Origin: Terriglobia bacterium
GTDB lineage: Bacteria > Acidobacteriota > Terriglobia > Bryobacterales > Bryobacteraceae
Direction of reading: 5' to 3'
Length of the DNA: 64,000 nt
NCBI GenBank assembly: GCA_963783505.1
Contig: CAWAOP010000025.1
Location: 76 to 64,075 of the forward strand
The notes below the pieces were generated by a model. That model did no database searches. It worked only from the letters and a program-made list of their open reading frames with translations, and was not told the DNA's origin. Every line of letters starts with the position of its first letter. The first letter of the stretch is position 1. A program made the translations under genes and the position numbers. Below are positions 48,296-60,510 of this stretch, piece after piece.

Positions 48296-48500
48296 ACCCG
48301 GAATCGCGGGCGCGAGGCTCTTTGACGCGCAACTGTCAGCCTGGTGGCAAGGGGGGTTCGCGACCCAGTTGCCGCGCTTCTAGCTCGAGTAAACCAGCAA
48401 GCCCGTGCTGGGTGCTTCTGAGACTCACTTGCACGTGTACATCAAACGGTGCCGGTAGGCCCCTAATCGCTGAACCTCAGCGCTTATAACTCATAACTAA

Positions 48501-49869
48501 TACCTGCGCCTCGCTTCATGCAAACCGACCTCCCATGACCAAGAATCCATAGTTCTGGAAGATCTCTTCGATCCCCGCTCCTTCCTCGCGGCCATCAAGC
48601 AGGCGAATACTGCCGTCGAGGGATGGGAAAAGGGCACCGTCGGCGCCGGCGACCGGGGCACTTACCCCTTTGGGCACCCCGAAGTCGCTCGAGCGCATGG
48701 GCGACATGCTGCTCAAGATCAACGACCGCTCCCGTTCGTCCATGGAACGGCTCACTCAGTCCATCGAGAAGCAGGCTGCCGCTTACGGGAAGACCGGCGT
48801 TGACCGCCTCGTCGCCGATCGCGACCGGTTCATTAAGAAGCTCGGCGACGAGCAGGGGACCACCGCCCGCGTCACCGCCGCCTACGCCAAGATGATCGAC
48901 GTCGAGAGCGGCAAGTCCGACGCCCAGGGGGCACCCGGCTTCCAGGCCCTCGGCCGCAATATCGAAAGCTTCGTCCGCGATCCGCTGAACGCTTCGAAGA
49001 CCGCGGCCACGGGGCTTCTGGAGTCGCTCGGTCCCATCGGGACTACGGTGGCCGCCGGAGGCGCCGCACTCACGCATTCGCCGCCGCCGGATGGGAGGCC
49101 GCCAAGAGCCTTGGCGAGTACGGCTTGATGGTGAAAGACGCCGAACTGCGTACCGGACTCACGGCCAAGGAGGTCGGGCAGTTCGGCTTCGCGGCCAAGG
49201 CGGCCGGCCAGGACATCAGGCATCTTCGAGCGCATGATGCGCGGGCTGACCCAAGCCGTGGAGGAAGACTCCGCAGCGGCTCAGAAGGCCTGTGGCTGGC
49301 TCCAGCGGTTCGGCGTCGATCTGGCCGGCGTGCGCGACGGCTCCGTGCCCACGGCGGAAGTGCTCCAGCAAATCGCCACGGGTCTGGCGGCTCTCCCCAC
49401 CACCTGGGACCGCAACAAAGCCGCGCTCGATCTCTTCAAACGCACCGGCGTGGAAGCCATCCCGGTGATCATGGAGCTCAACGACAACCTCTGGATCGCC
49501 CAGCAGCAGGGCTTCGGGCCGACCGAGGGCGACATTGCCCGCTACACGGCGCTCCAGACCAAGGTCGCGGAACTGGAAACGAAGTGGGGCGAGATCAAGC
49601 GCCAGTTCCAGGAAGGCCTGGTCATCGAGGTCAGCTTCGTGGGAGCGGCGGCCAAGTGGCTCCTGGGCCACATGCCGGGCGAGACCGTCCAAGGCGACGA
49701 CGCTTCCATCGACCGCATGAACGCCAACGAGGCGCTGGCGCAGGAGATTCGAAACGCCAACGCCGCGCGGTTCGGAAACTACCCTCCGGCGAGTCCCATC
49801 GACGCCCTCGCGCGCAAGCGTATGGAGGCCCTGCGCGGCCTGCGCCCGGCTTCAGATTATCTGCATTAG
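48501..49869 (+). pseudogene. phage tail tape-measure-like protein, N-terminal portion only, 3 frame changes
   Basis: ...LTAKEVGQFGFAAKAAGQDI / FERMMRGLTQAVEEDSAAAQKA...LDLFKRTGVEAIPVIMEL... is the conserved TMP N-domain pattern. Frames switch near 48660-48672, 49066-49074 and 49216-49222. No start codon in the first frame. Confidence 0.6.
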
Positions 49870-50048
49870 CCGCCCCATATGGCCGGAAACGACCCCCGTG
49901 CCTGCCGCGAGAAAGAGCAAAGCGTCTCGCCACAATCGCGTCGCTTTGAGGCGCATCGAGCGGGCGCTTGCGTGACCTGCATTGACGTTTCTTGAGAATA
50001 ACTGTCGCTTGACATTTGCCTATACAATTGCATACCATTAGCGCTGTC

Positions 50049-50354
50049 GTGGCTTTACATGCAAGTGGTTTCGACTGGGACAAGGGCAATCGGACCAAGT
50101 GCGAGAAGCACGGTCTTTCCGTTTCGGCCATCGAGAATCTGTTTACTCGCCCGCTTGCCGTTCTCCCCGATGCAGCCCATTCGCAGGGTGAACGCCGTCT
50201 TCGAGCGATAGGCCGAGCGGAAAAAGGGCGCGGTGTGTTCATCGTCTTCACGTTCCGCCGCAAGGGCGACGAAGCGCTAATCCGGCCCATCAGTGCCCGC
50301 TACATGCACGAGAAGGAGATCGAGGCGTATGAAAAAGAAAATCCCGACCTTTAA
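50049..50354 (+). CDS. brnT: BrnT-family (DUF497) ribonuclease toxin
   Basis: GFDWDKGNRTKCEKHGLSVSAIENLF...RPISARYMHEKEIEAYEK. Confidence 0.85.
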   Translation: MALHASGFDWDKGNRTKCEKHGLSVSAIENLFTRPLAVLPDAAHSQGERRLRAIGRAEKGRGVFIVFTFRRKGDEALIRPISARYMHEKEIEAYEKENPDL

Positions 50355-50583
50355 GACCGACCGCGCAGCGGTGGCCTTCGTCGATAAAGCCGACCTGACT
50401 CGGTACGACCTTTCAGGCGCACAGTTGACGCGTTTCGAGATCAAGCCTAAAAACAAATCCATCAACCTGCGTTTGTCTGAGGAGCTTTACAACGCCGTCC
50501 GCAAACGCGCCGCCCGCGCAGGCGTACCCTATCAGCGCTTCATTCGCTTGAAGCTCGAACAAGTTGTAGGCAGCCCGAGATGA
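50329..50583 (+). CDS. brnA: BrnA-family antitoxin
   Basis: MKKKIPTFKTDRAAVAFVDKADLTRYDLS...SINLRLSEELYNAVRKRAARAGVPYQRFIRLKLE. Overlaps the brnT 3' end by 26 nt. Confidence 0.85.
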   Translation: MKKKIPTFKTDRAAVAFVDKADLTRYDLSGAQLTRFEIKPKNKSINLRLSEELYNAVRKRAARAGVPYQRFIRLKLEQVVGSPR

Positions 50584-50913
50584 ACCTGTGCGGAAAAGGG
50601 GTTGGCAATAAATAGCCAGACATAACCTCGCTTATGTCCAACGAACGGGAACGAACGGGGACAAACGAACGGGAACAGACGGGACGTATCCTGTCAACCC
50701 GCCGTGAATGAAAGCGTGGTTTGTCGGACTTCCGGCTTTGGCTTTCGGCTTCCGGTAAGACCGGTGACCTAAGACGCAAGAACGCCAACCGAATCGTGGC
50801 AGGAGCGATACGGCTCCGGACAAGATGCAGGCCGGCAGGGACGGCCTGCATTCCAGGTTTGGCGCGCCTCGCGCTTCCAGCGTGTTACGCTTCGAGATAC
50901 AGGGCTGGGCGGA

Positions 50914-52663
50914 ATGGACTTCAAGGATCAACTGAAATCCACTCTCGACATTGTTCACGTGGTCGGGGAGTACGTGCGCCTGAAAAAATCGGGCGCGCAG
51001 CGCTACCTCGGCTTGTGTCCATTCCACACCGAGAAGACGCCTTCGTTCACCGTTCACGCCGCAAAGCAATTCTACAAGTGCTTCGGGTGCGGAGAGGGCG
51101 GGGACGTCTTCAATTTCGTTCAGAAGGTGGAGGGCATCAGCTTCTACGAAGCGCTCAAGCTGCTGGCCGAACGGAACGGGATGGCGCTCCCGAAGCGCAC
51201 CGTGATTGCGGACGATGAATCCCGCACCCGCGAGATTGTGTTCCAGATGCATGAGATCGCGCTGGAGAGTTTCCGCGCCAATCTGCGAGGCGCCGCTGGC
51301 GATGCGGCCCGCGCCTATCTGGCGCGCCGCGGAGTCGCTCCGGCTACGTCCGACCGGTTTGCGCTGGGCTACTCCGAAGCTTCGTGGCAGTCGCTGACGC
51401 GCCTGTTCGAGCAGCGTGGGTTTCCCCCCGAGCGTCTGGAGCAGTCCGGCTTGGTACGGAAGCGCAAGGATGGCGGGTTCTACGACTACTTCCGCAACCG
51501 CCTCATGTTTCCGATCCACAACGAGAGCGGAAAAGTCATCGGATTCGGCGGGCGTGCGCTTGCGCCGGACGACAACCCGAAGTACCTGAAATTCTCCGGA
51601 AACGCCGATATACACCAAGAGCCGCGTGCTGTACAATCTCCATCGCGCCAAAGAGGCCATCCGAAAGGAGGAGCGCTCCATTCTGGTGGAAGGCTACATG
51701 GATGTCGTGGGCGTCTCGGCCGCGGGCTTCGCGCCGGTGGTGGCTAGTTGCGGAACGTCGCTCACCGAGCTTCAGGTTCGCGCGCTGAAACGGCACTCGG
51801 ATAAGATCGTGGTCAACTTCGATCCCGACGCCCCGGGGGCCGCGGCGGCCGAACGCTCCGTGGGCCTGCTGCTCGAAGAGGGCATGAGCGTTCGCGTGGT
51901 CACGCTGGATGGCGGCCTCGATCCGGATGAGTACTGCAAAGAACGCGGCGCCGAAGCCTATCGTGCGCAGATCGACGGAGCCAAGGGATATTTCTACTGG
52001 CTCGCGGACCGCGCCCGGGCCCGCCACGACGTGCACACCACGGAAGGTCTGATCGCCGTGCTTCGTTTTCTCATGCCCGCCGTGGAGCGCATCCCGGACC
52101 GCCTGGAGCGCATGGCCGTGGCGAACGACGTGGCCGGGTATATCGGCGTAGAGCGCGGCATGGTGCTCGACAGTTTTCGCAAGGCCGCCGCGTCGCGCCG
52201 CGAGGACCGTATCACCATAGCGACGGAACCCGTGCGCGCGGACGAAAAAGGACTGTTGAGTGTCTTGCTGTCGGATGTGGCGGAGCGCGAGCGGCTCATC
52301 GCGCCGTTGGCCGGCGTCGGCGTCGTGGAACGCCTCGCGACGCGGCGCATTTTTCAGACCATCATGGCCGCGCACGCGGCCGGGTCGGCCATCACGTTCG
52401 ATGCGATTATTGCGCGGCTGGAGCAACCCGATCAGAATCTTCTGGCCGGGCTGGCGCTCTCCGAAGACGCCGAAGCGAGCGAAGTTTCGCTCGAATTCGG
52501 AGAGCAATGCCTGGCGAGCCTGCTGCGCTCGGAAGAACGCGAGCGGCTCGGCCGGTTGAAGGCGCGCATCAGGGACGCCGAGCGATCGGGGAACATCGAG
52601 GAGGCGTTGCGCCTCGCGGGCGATCTCCACGATCTGGAGAAAACCGCCGGTGCGTCGATATGA
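50914..52663 (+). CDS. dnaG: DNA primase DnaG, one frameshift at an AAA run (51589-51591)
   Basis: CPFHTEKTPSFTVHAAKQFYKCFGCGEGGDVFNF zinc finger. RLMFPIHNESGKVIGFGGR. After the shift, PETPIYTKSRVLYNLHRAK...LVEGYMDV (TOPRIM). Confidence 0.9.
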
Positions 52664-52738
52664 CATTCGGGCCGCTCTTTGCGCATAGCGCCGTGATGTA
52701 CAATGTTTTCGATTATCTACGGGCGTAACGGGGATTAG

Positions 52739-54425
<1,687 letters not shown>

Positions 54426-54665
54426 CGTCGCGCGCCCATAGAAGCGCCCTGCGTCGCGCCGCTGCCCATCCAAGGTGGCGAAGACGCCGGCTCCGTGTGG
54501 GGCGGCGCTCCTGCGCTGCCTTCTTCCTGCTTGGATGCGCGGCCGAAAACCAAGGCAGATGCCCCACAAACACCGTGGGCGCCCCAGGTCCGCCCCACTT
54601 TCATGCAGCGCACCCCTTCCGCCGGCCGGCGGCCGAGGACTCGCGCGCCACGTTAAGCTTGTAGC

Positions 54666-55499
54666 TTGATTCCGCGAATCTCTCTCGAAAAAGTGCGGCC
54701 CTGGTGGACCCGCATCAAGCCCACGGCCCACTACCTGATGGAAACCGAGGCGCACGTGTATGCGCTGGCCACGGCGGCGAGCACGCTACTGGCGTTCTAT
54801 CCCTTTATCGTGGTAATGATCGCAGTCTGTCGCAGCGTCTTTGGCTATCGCGTCGCCGTGCACGTCGTATCGCTGGCGCTCCGTAATTTGTTCCCCGGCG
54901 ACCTGGGCCGGTTTCTAGTCGGAAACCTTCCAGGCTGGGATGCGACCAAGCTCAGCCTGACGGCGGTTTTCCTGCTGCTTTTCACCTCGAACGGAGTTTT
55001 CGAACCGATGGAAGTGGCGCTCAATCGGGCGTGGGGCGTGACCCAGAATCGAAGTTATCTCAAAAACCAGATTGTGAGTCTGGGCCTGATATTCGGGTGC
55101 GGAGGACTAGTCGCGCTCTCGCTGCTCGTGACGGCGCTGCCGTCGGAGTGGCTGTCGGGCGACGGATTGTTCACCCGGCTCATGTTTCGTTTGGTGTTCG
55201 AGTTAATCTCGATTCCCGTAGCGATCCTGGCGCTGTTTCTCATGTATTGGATTCTCCCGAACCGAAAGATCGAGGCTCGTCGAGTCTTTCGAGTGTCCGT
55301 GGTTGTCGGCCTGATTCTGGAAGGACTCAAGTACATCAACTACGCCGTCGCGGACATGTTCCATCGCAAGTTCCAGGCGGACTACAATATCTTCGAGCAT
55401 TCGGTATACATACTGGTGTTGAGCTTCGTAGCATCGCTGATCATTCTGGCCGGAGCGCACTGGACCGCCAAGCACGAACAGTCCGATCCGCTGTCGTGA
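54666..55499 (+). CDS. YihY/BrkB-family membrane protein
   Basis: 277 aa with 6 TM helices. Typical ...FYPFIVVMIAV...LFTSNGVFEPMEVALNRAWGV... block. Confidence 0.8.
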   Translation: MIPRISLEKVRPWWTRIKPTAHYLMETEAHVYALATAASTLLAFYPFIVVMIAVCRSVFGYRVAVHVVSLALRNLFPGDLGRFLVGNLPGWDATKLSLTAVFLLLFTSNGVFEPMEVALNRAWGVTQNRSYLKNQIVSLGLIFGCGGLVALSLLVTALPSEWLSGDGLFTRLMFRLVFELISIPVAILALFLMYWILPNRKIEARRVFRVSVVVGLILEGLKYINYAVADMFHRKFQADYNIFEHSVYILVLSFVASLIILAGAHWTAKHEQSDPLS

Positions 55500-55670
55500 A
55501 GCGGGAGTCAGGAGCCAGGAGTCAGAAGTCAGGCGTGGAAGTATGAAGCTAGGGGCCAGAAATCAGGAGTCAGAAGCCGCGCCCTAGGACCGAGCCGGGA
55601 CGTAAGGAAGCTGGAGGCCGATGTCAAGCGCGGCATGGCTTGTTGGAATCATCCGCAGGGCGCCAATGCA

Positions 55671-55845
55671 ATGACCGATTGGAACAAGATCGCGGAAGGC
55701 GTGGGCTTGGTGTATGCTGCCGGCTGAAGCCGAGAAGATCTTGGCTCCGCTCCGCGCACTGGAAGCTACGCTCGCTCCGCGCGCGAACGGCCTGCCGATG
55801 GAGCTTGAGCCCGTGACTGAGTTCCGCGCGGAGGAAGACGAGTGA
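55671..55845 (+). CDS. small GatC/AtzG-like (DUF4089-type) partner ORF of the amidase, one frameshift near 55705-55716; absent from the ORF track
   Basis: MTDWNKIAEGVGL in frame 0 and LPAEAEKILAPLRALEATLAPRANGLPMELEPVTEFRAEEDE in frame +1. Its stop overlaps the amidase GTG (GTGA). Confidence 0.45.
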
Positions 55846-57246
55846 CGCTTCTCGACGCCGCCGGAGTATTGCGCCGGCGCGAAGCGTCTTCCGAGGAACT
55901 TGCCGTCGCCGCGCTGTCGCGCATTGAGCGGCTGAACCCGTCGCTGAATGCGTTCATCACCGTTACAGCGGAAGAGGCGTTGCGCCGCGCGAGGGAAGCT
56001 GACGCCGAGCTTGCCGCCGGGCGCGACCGGGGCCCGCTGCACGGAATCCCAATCGCCTTCAAGGATGTGTTCGCTACACGCGGCGTCCGCACCACCTCGG
56101 GTTCGAAGCTCTTCGAATATCATTTTCCGCAAACGGACGCCGCCGCGGTTGAGCTGTTGAACGCAGCCGGCGCCGTGTCGCTGGGCAAGCTCAACATGCA
56201 CGAGCTGGCTTACGGGATTACCTCGGATAATCCGCATTTCGGGGCCGTTCGCAATCCCTGGGACCTGGCTCGTTCTCCGGGCGGTTCGAGCGGCGGCGCG
56301 GGCGCCGCCATCGCGGCCGGTATGATTTTTGCGGCGCTCGGAACCGATACGGGCGGCTCCATCCGCATTCCCGCTTCCTTTTGCGGCGTGGTGGGTTTGA
56401 AGCCCACGTACGGCCGAGTGAGCCGCTACGGTGTGACGCCGCTTTCGTGGAGCATGGATCACGTGGGGCCGATGGCTGCGTCGATCCGCGATGCCGCGGT
56501 GGTCCTGAACGCGCTGGCTGGCCGCGACGATCGCGACCCATCCTCATCGCGCCACCGGGCTAGTGGATTATGTTCCGGAGGAAGGCTGCTCGATTCGCGG
56601 CGTTCGAATCGGCTTGGCGGAGAACTTCTACTTCGAGCGGCTGGACGCGGCGGTGGAATCCTCCGTGCGAGCCGCTATTCGGCGGGCTTCCTCGCTCGGC
56701 GCCGAAGTGAAGCCGGTGCGCGTTCCCGATATGGAAGCGTTGAACGCGGCCGCGCGCGTAATCCTGCTTGCGGAAGCGGCCGCGGCGCTGACGCCGCATC
56801 TGGGCCGGCGCGACGCATTTGGAGCCGATGTTCTGGCGCTGCTCGACCAGGGCCGGCTTGTTCCAGCCACCCTGTATTTGAACGCGCAACGCGTGCGGCG
56901 GGCAATCCAGCGCGAGTTCGCCAAGCTGTGGGCCGATGTCGATTGCCTGATCGCGCCGGCTACGCCTATCGTCGCGCCGCGCGTGGGCGAGGCTAACGTC
57001 GGCATCGGCGGAACCGCGGAGGATGTGCGCCTGGCCTCGACGCGCCTCACGCGGGGTATGAACGCGCTCGGTTTACCGGCGCTCTCGATGCCCTGCGGAC
57101 TTTCGCCGGACGGCTTGCCCATCGGCCTGCAAATCATCGGCCCGCCCTTCGAGGAAGCGCGCATCCTGCGAATCGGGGCGGCGCTGGAAGACAGCGGAGT
57201 GGGGATTCCGCCCTGCCCGGCGCAGGGCTATCGTGACCGGAGGTGA
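55842..57246 (+). CDS. amidase-signature enzyme (GatA-like), one frameshift near 56540-56560
   Basis: LHGIPIAFKDVF..., GGSSGGAGAAIAAG, GTDTGGSIRIPASFCG (Ser-cisSer-Lys signature). The C-terminal 227 aa continue in frame +1. Confidence 0.85.
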
Positions 57247-57454
57247 CAGGAGACATCCCTTCGCGCTCCATGGTTTGTCCAACTGCGTCAGCCGGGATGG
57301 ACCTCCGAGGTCGGATGGCGTGCCAGATGTCAGCAATGGGCGTTACACGGCGGATTGACGGCGAACAAGCCAACCTCGGGATGGCGCGTGATCCGGGCGG
57401 AATCCATTTTGAGCAGCAGTCGAGACGATTGGCGCGTGGGCTCCGTTCGATTCA

Positions 57455-57985
57455 TTAGGCCGCGCCCCGACTAGTCACCCGGCTATTTGCGACGCTGGGG
57501 GGCAAGCCCATCGCCCCTGCGCGCTCAATGTCCGTCAAGAAGTGTGACGATGCCACGGCTGTGTCGAGTGTGGCCCGAAGAATCTGGCCTTGCGCGGCAA
57601 CGATAACACCGCAGATCCAGAACAAGGCGCCCACTATAGCGGCGAGGAAAATGCCAACGATCACCGCCCCGCCACCCAACAGATCCTTTCCAGAGCTCAA
57701 CGACCCAAGGAAGATGATGACGGCCAGAACTGCGCCGACGATCTTGATGGCATTGCCGAATCCGACCAATGCCGCCCCAACCCGATACGCGTCCCGGTAT
57801 CTGCCGACAACGGGTGAATTCGACTCGATTGGGCGTTGCGTCGGAGACGGGTCAGGCATGCCCCGGCGCCGGAGTTCGGCGCGAATGATCCGCTCCCCGT
57901 CCTCCGTATAGTCACTCAGATGCATCGCAGCATCCCTGACTTGATCGTCAGTCTTCCCACTCCACATGGCCTCAGCGTCGCTCAT
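57455..57985 (-). CDS. membrane protein (hypothetical)
   Basis: 176 aa. Soluble N-terminus followed by three hydrophobic helices. Confidence 0.55.
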   Translation of the reverse strand: MSDAEAMWSGKTDDQVRDAAMHLSDYTEDGERIIRAELRRRGMPDPSPTQRPIESNSPVVGRYRDAYRVGAALVGFGNAIKIVGAVLAVIIFLGSLSSGKDLLGGGAVIVGIFLAAIVGALFWICGVIVAAQGQILRATLDTAVASSHFLTDIERAGAMGLPPSVANSRVTSRGAA

Positions 57986-58417
57986 ACGACAAAACTCCTT
58001 TAGCCCAACCGTCGAACTTCGCGATCAATAATACCGCTTTCGAGCCCGTTTTACTAGTCCAGGATGCTTAACTCCCGTATAGTCGCTAGCCTTGATCGGA
58101 AATGCCTCGGCGCACAAGATTGGGGCGAAGCCACGGAGCCCGAGCCGAGGCATTTTCGATAAGGAGACAAGAAGGAAGCCGCTGGCGTTTGCGGCGGACG
58201 CGGCAGCTATGGCGATTGGTGGCTGGTTTGGTACCCGCTCGCGACGCCGGATTGTTGGCGGGCTGCTGGAGCGGTCGGGTGGGGGCGCGGTTTCGGGTGA
58301 GGTGGTGATGGCGAAGGCCCTAAAGATGGCGCTTCTGCGTGGATATCACGGCAGCCGAACAGACTGGCGCGCCGGCGTGCAAGTGGCACGTCCATCGTCC
58401 GGCTATTGTCCGCCCCA

Positions 58418-59593
58418 TCAGGAAGAATCAAAGAAAGCCCTCCGGATGGACAACTCCGCGGCGCTGAATCGCTGGACCACAGTCATGGGAGCGCCGCACG
58501 TTGGACATTGCCAGGATGTGGGCCCCCGTGTTGGCGTCGTTCCGACCGCAGAGGTGCTTGGAGCGCAGCCCAGAACCTCACGACAAATCGCAAGGCGAGC
58601 GGTTCGCCAACGGTTGGCGAGAAAACCGAAGTGGCGGATACGCACGAACCCTTTCGGCAGGACATGCAAGAAGAAGCGGCGAAGGAACTCGACGGCAGTC
58701 AGGTTCATAACGCGATGCTTGCCGCCGTGGGCGTAATCCTTGTATCGAAAGGCGACGTGCTCTCCATCGAAGGCCACAATCCTGTGATTGGAGATGGCGA
58801 CCCGATGGGTGTAGCGGCCAAGATATCGCAGCACCTGCGTGGGACCGCCGAAGGCGGGCTTGGCATAGACGACCCAATCTTGCCGGTGCACGTTTCGCAA
58901 TAGCTTGGCGAACTGTTTAGGCTCCGCCAGCGAAGCGGCGGGGCCGGAGCAGTTCAGTTTCCGACGTCGGTACAGGCGTTTGAGGCCGGCGACGAACTTG
59001 CCGCGGAAAACACGGCTCAGCGCCTTCACCGGCAGGAAGAATGGATAGCGGGGATGAACCCAGGCCTTGTGATCGGCAGAAAGACCGCCTGCAGGAATCA
59101 CGCAATGGACATGCGGGTGTAACAGCAGATTCTGTCCCCACGTGTGCAGGATGCCGATCATGCCGATCTCGGCGCCGAGATGCTTCCGATCCGCGGCGAG
59201 TTCCAATGCCGCCGCGGCGCTGGCGCGGAACAACAGCTCATAGAATTCTCGCGGGTTGTTCAGCGCCAGCACGTTCAGTTCGTGGGGCACGGTGAAGACC
59301 ACGTGAAAATAGCTGGTCGAAAGCAGCTCTTGCTCTCGTTTGGCGATCCAACATTCCCGTGCCTGTGTTTGGCACTTGGGGCAGTGCCGGTTCCGGCAGG
59401 AGTTATAGGAGATGGCCTGATGCCCGCATTGTGGACACGAATCGAGGTGTCCGCCCAAAGCCGCGGTGCGGCAGTTCTGGATGGCGCGGAAGGCCTTGAG
59501 TTGCTGATAATCAAAACTCGATTCGTATTGGTCCAGAAAGCGGCTGCCCTGTGCGCGGAGGATGTCGGCCACCTCCACGGCAGGCCGGCTCAT
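58418..59593 (-). CDS. IS91-family (Y2 rolling-circle) transposase
   Basis: N-terminal zinc motif CPQCGH...CRNRHCPKC. HVVFTVPHEL, ILHTWGQNLLLHPHVHCVIPAGG and YLGRYTHRVAISNHRI blocks. Confidence 0.9.
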   Translation of the reverse strand: MSRPAVEVADILRAQGSRFLDQYESSFDYQQLKAFRAIQNCRTAALGGHLDSCPQCGHQAISYNSCRNRHCPKCQTQARECWIAKREQELLSTSYFHVVFTVPHELNVLALNNPREFYELLFRASAAAALELAADRKHLGAEIGMIGILHTWGQNLLLHPHVHCVIPAGGLSADHKAWVHPRYPFFLPVKALSRVFRGKFVAGLKRLYRRRKLNCSGPAASLAEPKQFAKLLRNVHRQDWVVYAKPAFGGPTQVLRYLGRYTHRVAISNHRIVAFDGEHVAFRYKDYAHGGKHRVMNLTAVEFLRRFFLHVLPKGFVRIRHFGFLANRWRTARLAICREVLGCAPSTSAVGTTPTRGPTSWQCPTCGAPMTVVQRFSAAELSIRRAFFDSS

Positions 59594-60510
59594 CCCTGCT
59601 CTTTAGATTTCGTCCCCGGATGGCTGGCCTGCACATCGGAAAGTTGGAGTTTCGCCAACGGATTGGCAGCGGCGTTCAGGTGTTCCTGCGAGAGATGGAT
59701 ATAGCGCGCCGTGGTCTCCAGGTCTCCATGTCCAAGCAGCATCTGGATGGTACGCAGGTCGGTGCCCGCTTCGAGCAAATGCGTCGCCCAACTGTGTCGC
59801 AAGGTATGCGGAGTGACGTGCTTAGTGATGCCGGCTTTCTTGGCGGCATCGGAGCATACGTGCCAGACCGTTTTATCGGAAAGCGGGACATCCGGTCCTT
59901 TGCGCTCGCCGCGGCTGGGGAACAAGTATACCTTTGGCTTGCGCCAGCGCCAGTACGCGCGGAGCGTTTCCAGCAGTTCCGGGTTCAGCGGCAGGTCGCG
60001 ATCCTTGCTTCCTTTGCCTTGGACGACGCGGATGATCATGCGCTCGCTGTCGATGTCGCGCACCTTGAGGTGGACCACTTCGGAGCGGCGCATGCCAGTG
60101 CCATATGTGGTCATCAGTAGCGCTCGCCGGAAAAGGTTGCCGCTGGCATTGATGAGGCGCGCCACCTCATCCAAACTCAGGATCGTCGGTAGCCGCTCCG
60201 GCTCTTTGGGATACGGGATGAAATCCCGAAACTCCGGCCGCTTGAGTGTGCGGACGAAGAAGAATCGTAGCGCCGCGACGTGGTTGACGACGCTTCCTAC
60301 CGCCAGTTTGCGCTCGTTTAGCAGGTACGCCTGATACGTGCGCAGTTCCGTCAGCCCCAGTTTATCCGGCGGCTTGCCGTAATACCTGGCGAACTCCTCC
60401 ACTGCCCGGAGGTGATGCCGAATTGTATCCTTGGAGTAATTACGACGCTGGAGTTCCTCCAGCATCATTTTGCGTAGTTGGGTCACGGGGACCTCCTTGT
60501 GCCCCAACAC
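59590..60510 (-). CDS. tyrosine recombinase (phage-integrase family) associated with the IS91 transposase
   Basis: SAM-like N-domain. TGMRRSEV..., HTLRHSWATHLLEAGTDLRTIQMLLGH...TTARYIH (R-H-R-Y catalytic set). Confidence 0.9.
   Translation of the reverse strand: MLGHKEVPVTQLRKMMLEELQRRNYSKDTIRHHLRAVEEFARYYGKPPDKLGLTELRTYQAYLLNERKLAVGSVVNHVAALRFFFVRTLKRPEFRDFIPYPKEPERLPTILSLDEVARLINASGNLFRRALLMTTYGTGMRRSEVVHLKVRDIDSERMIIRVVQGKGSKDRDLPLNPELLETLRAYWRWRKPKVYLFPSRGERKGPDVPLSDKTVWHVCSDAAKKAGITKHVTPHTLRHSWATHLLEAGTDLRTIQMLLGHGDLETTARYIHLSQEHLNAAANPLAKLQLSDVQASHPGTKSKEQG

Larger units (their letters stand above)
58418..60510 (-). mobile_element. IS91-family element core (tyrosine recombinase + Y2 HUH transposase); ends not defined
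   Basis: Two overlapping (4 nt) mobile-element genes. The true termini lie outside these coordinates. Confidence 0.7.

Noticed and set aside
50009-50038. Promoter for brnT (TTGACA at 50009-50014).
   Set aside because: A perfect -35 is present, but no convincing -10 lies at 16-18 nt spacing. TACAAT is only 8 nt away and TACCAT at 18 nt is weak. It is not reported as a feature.
58092-58736. 214-aa (+) ORF overlapping the 3' end of the IS91 transposase gene.
   Set aside because: It is antisense to a well-supported transposase, Arg/Gly/Ala-rich, and has no family signal.
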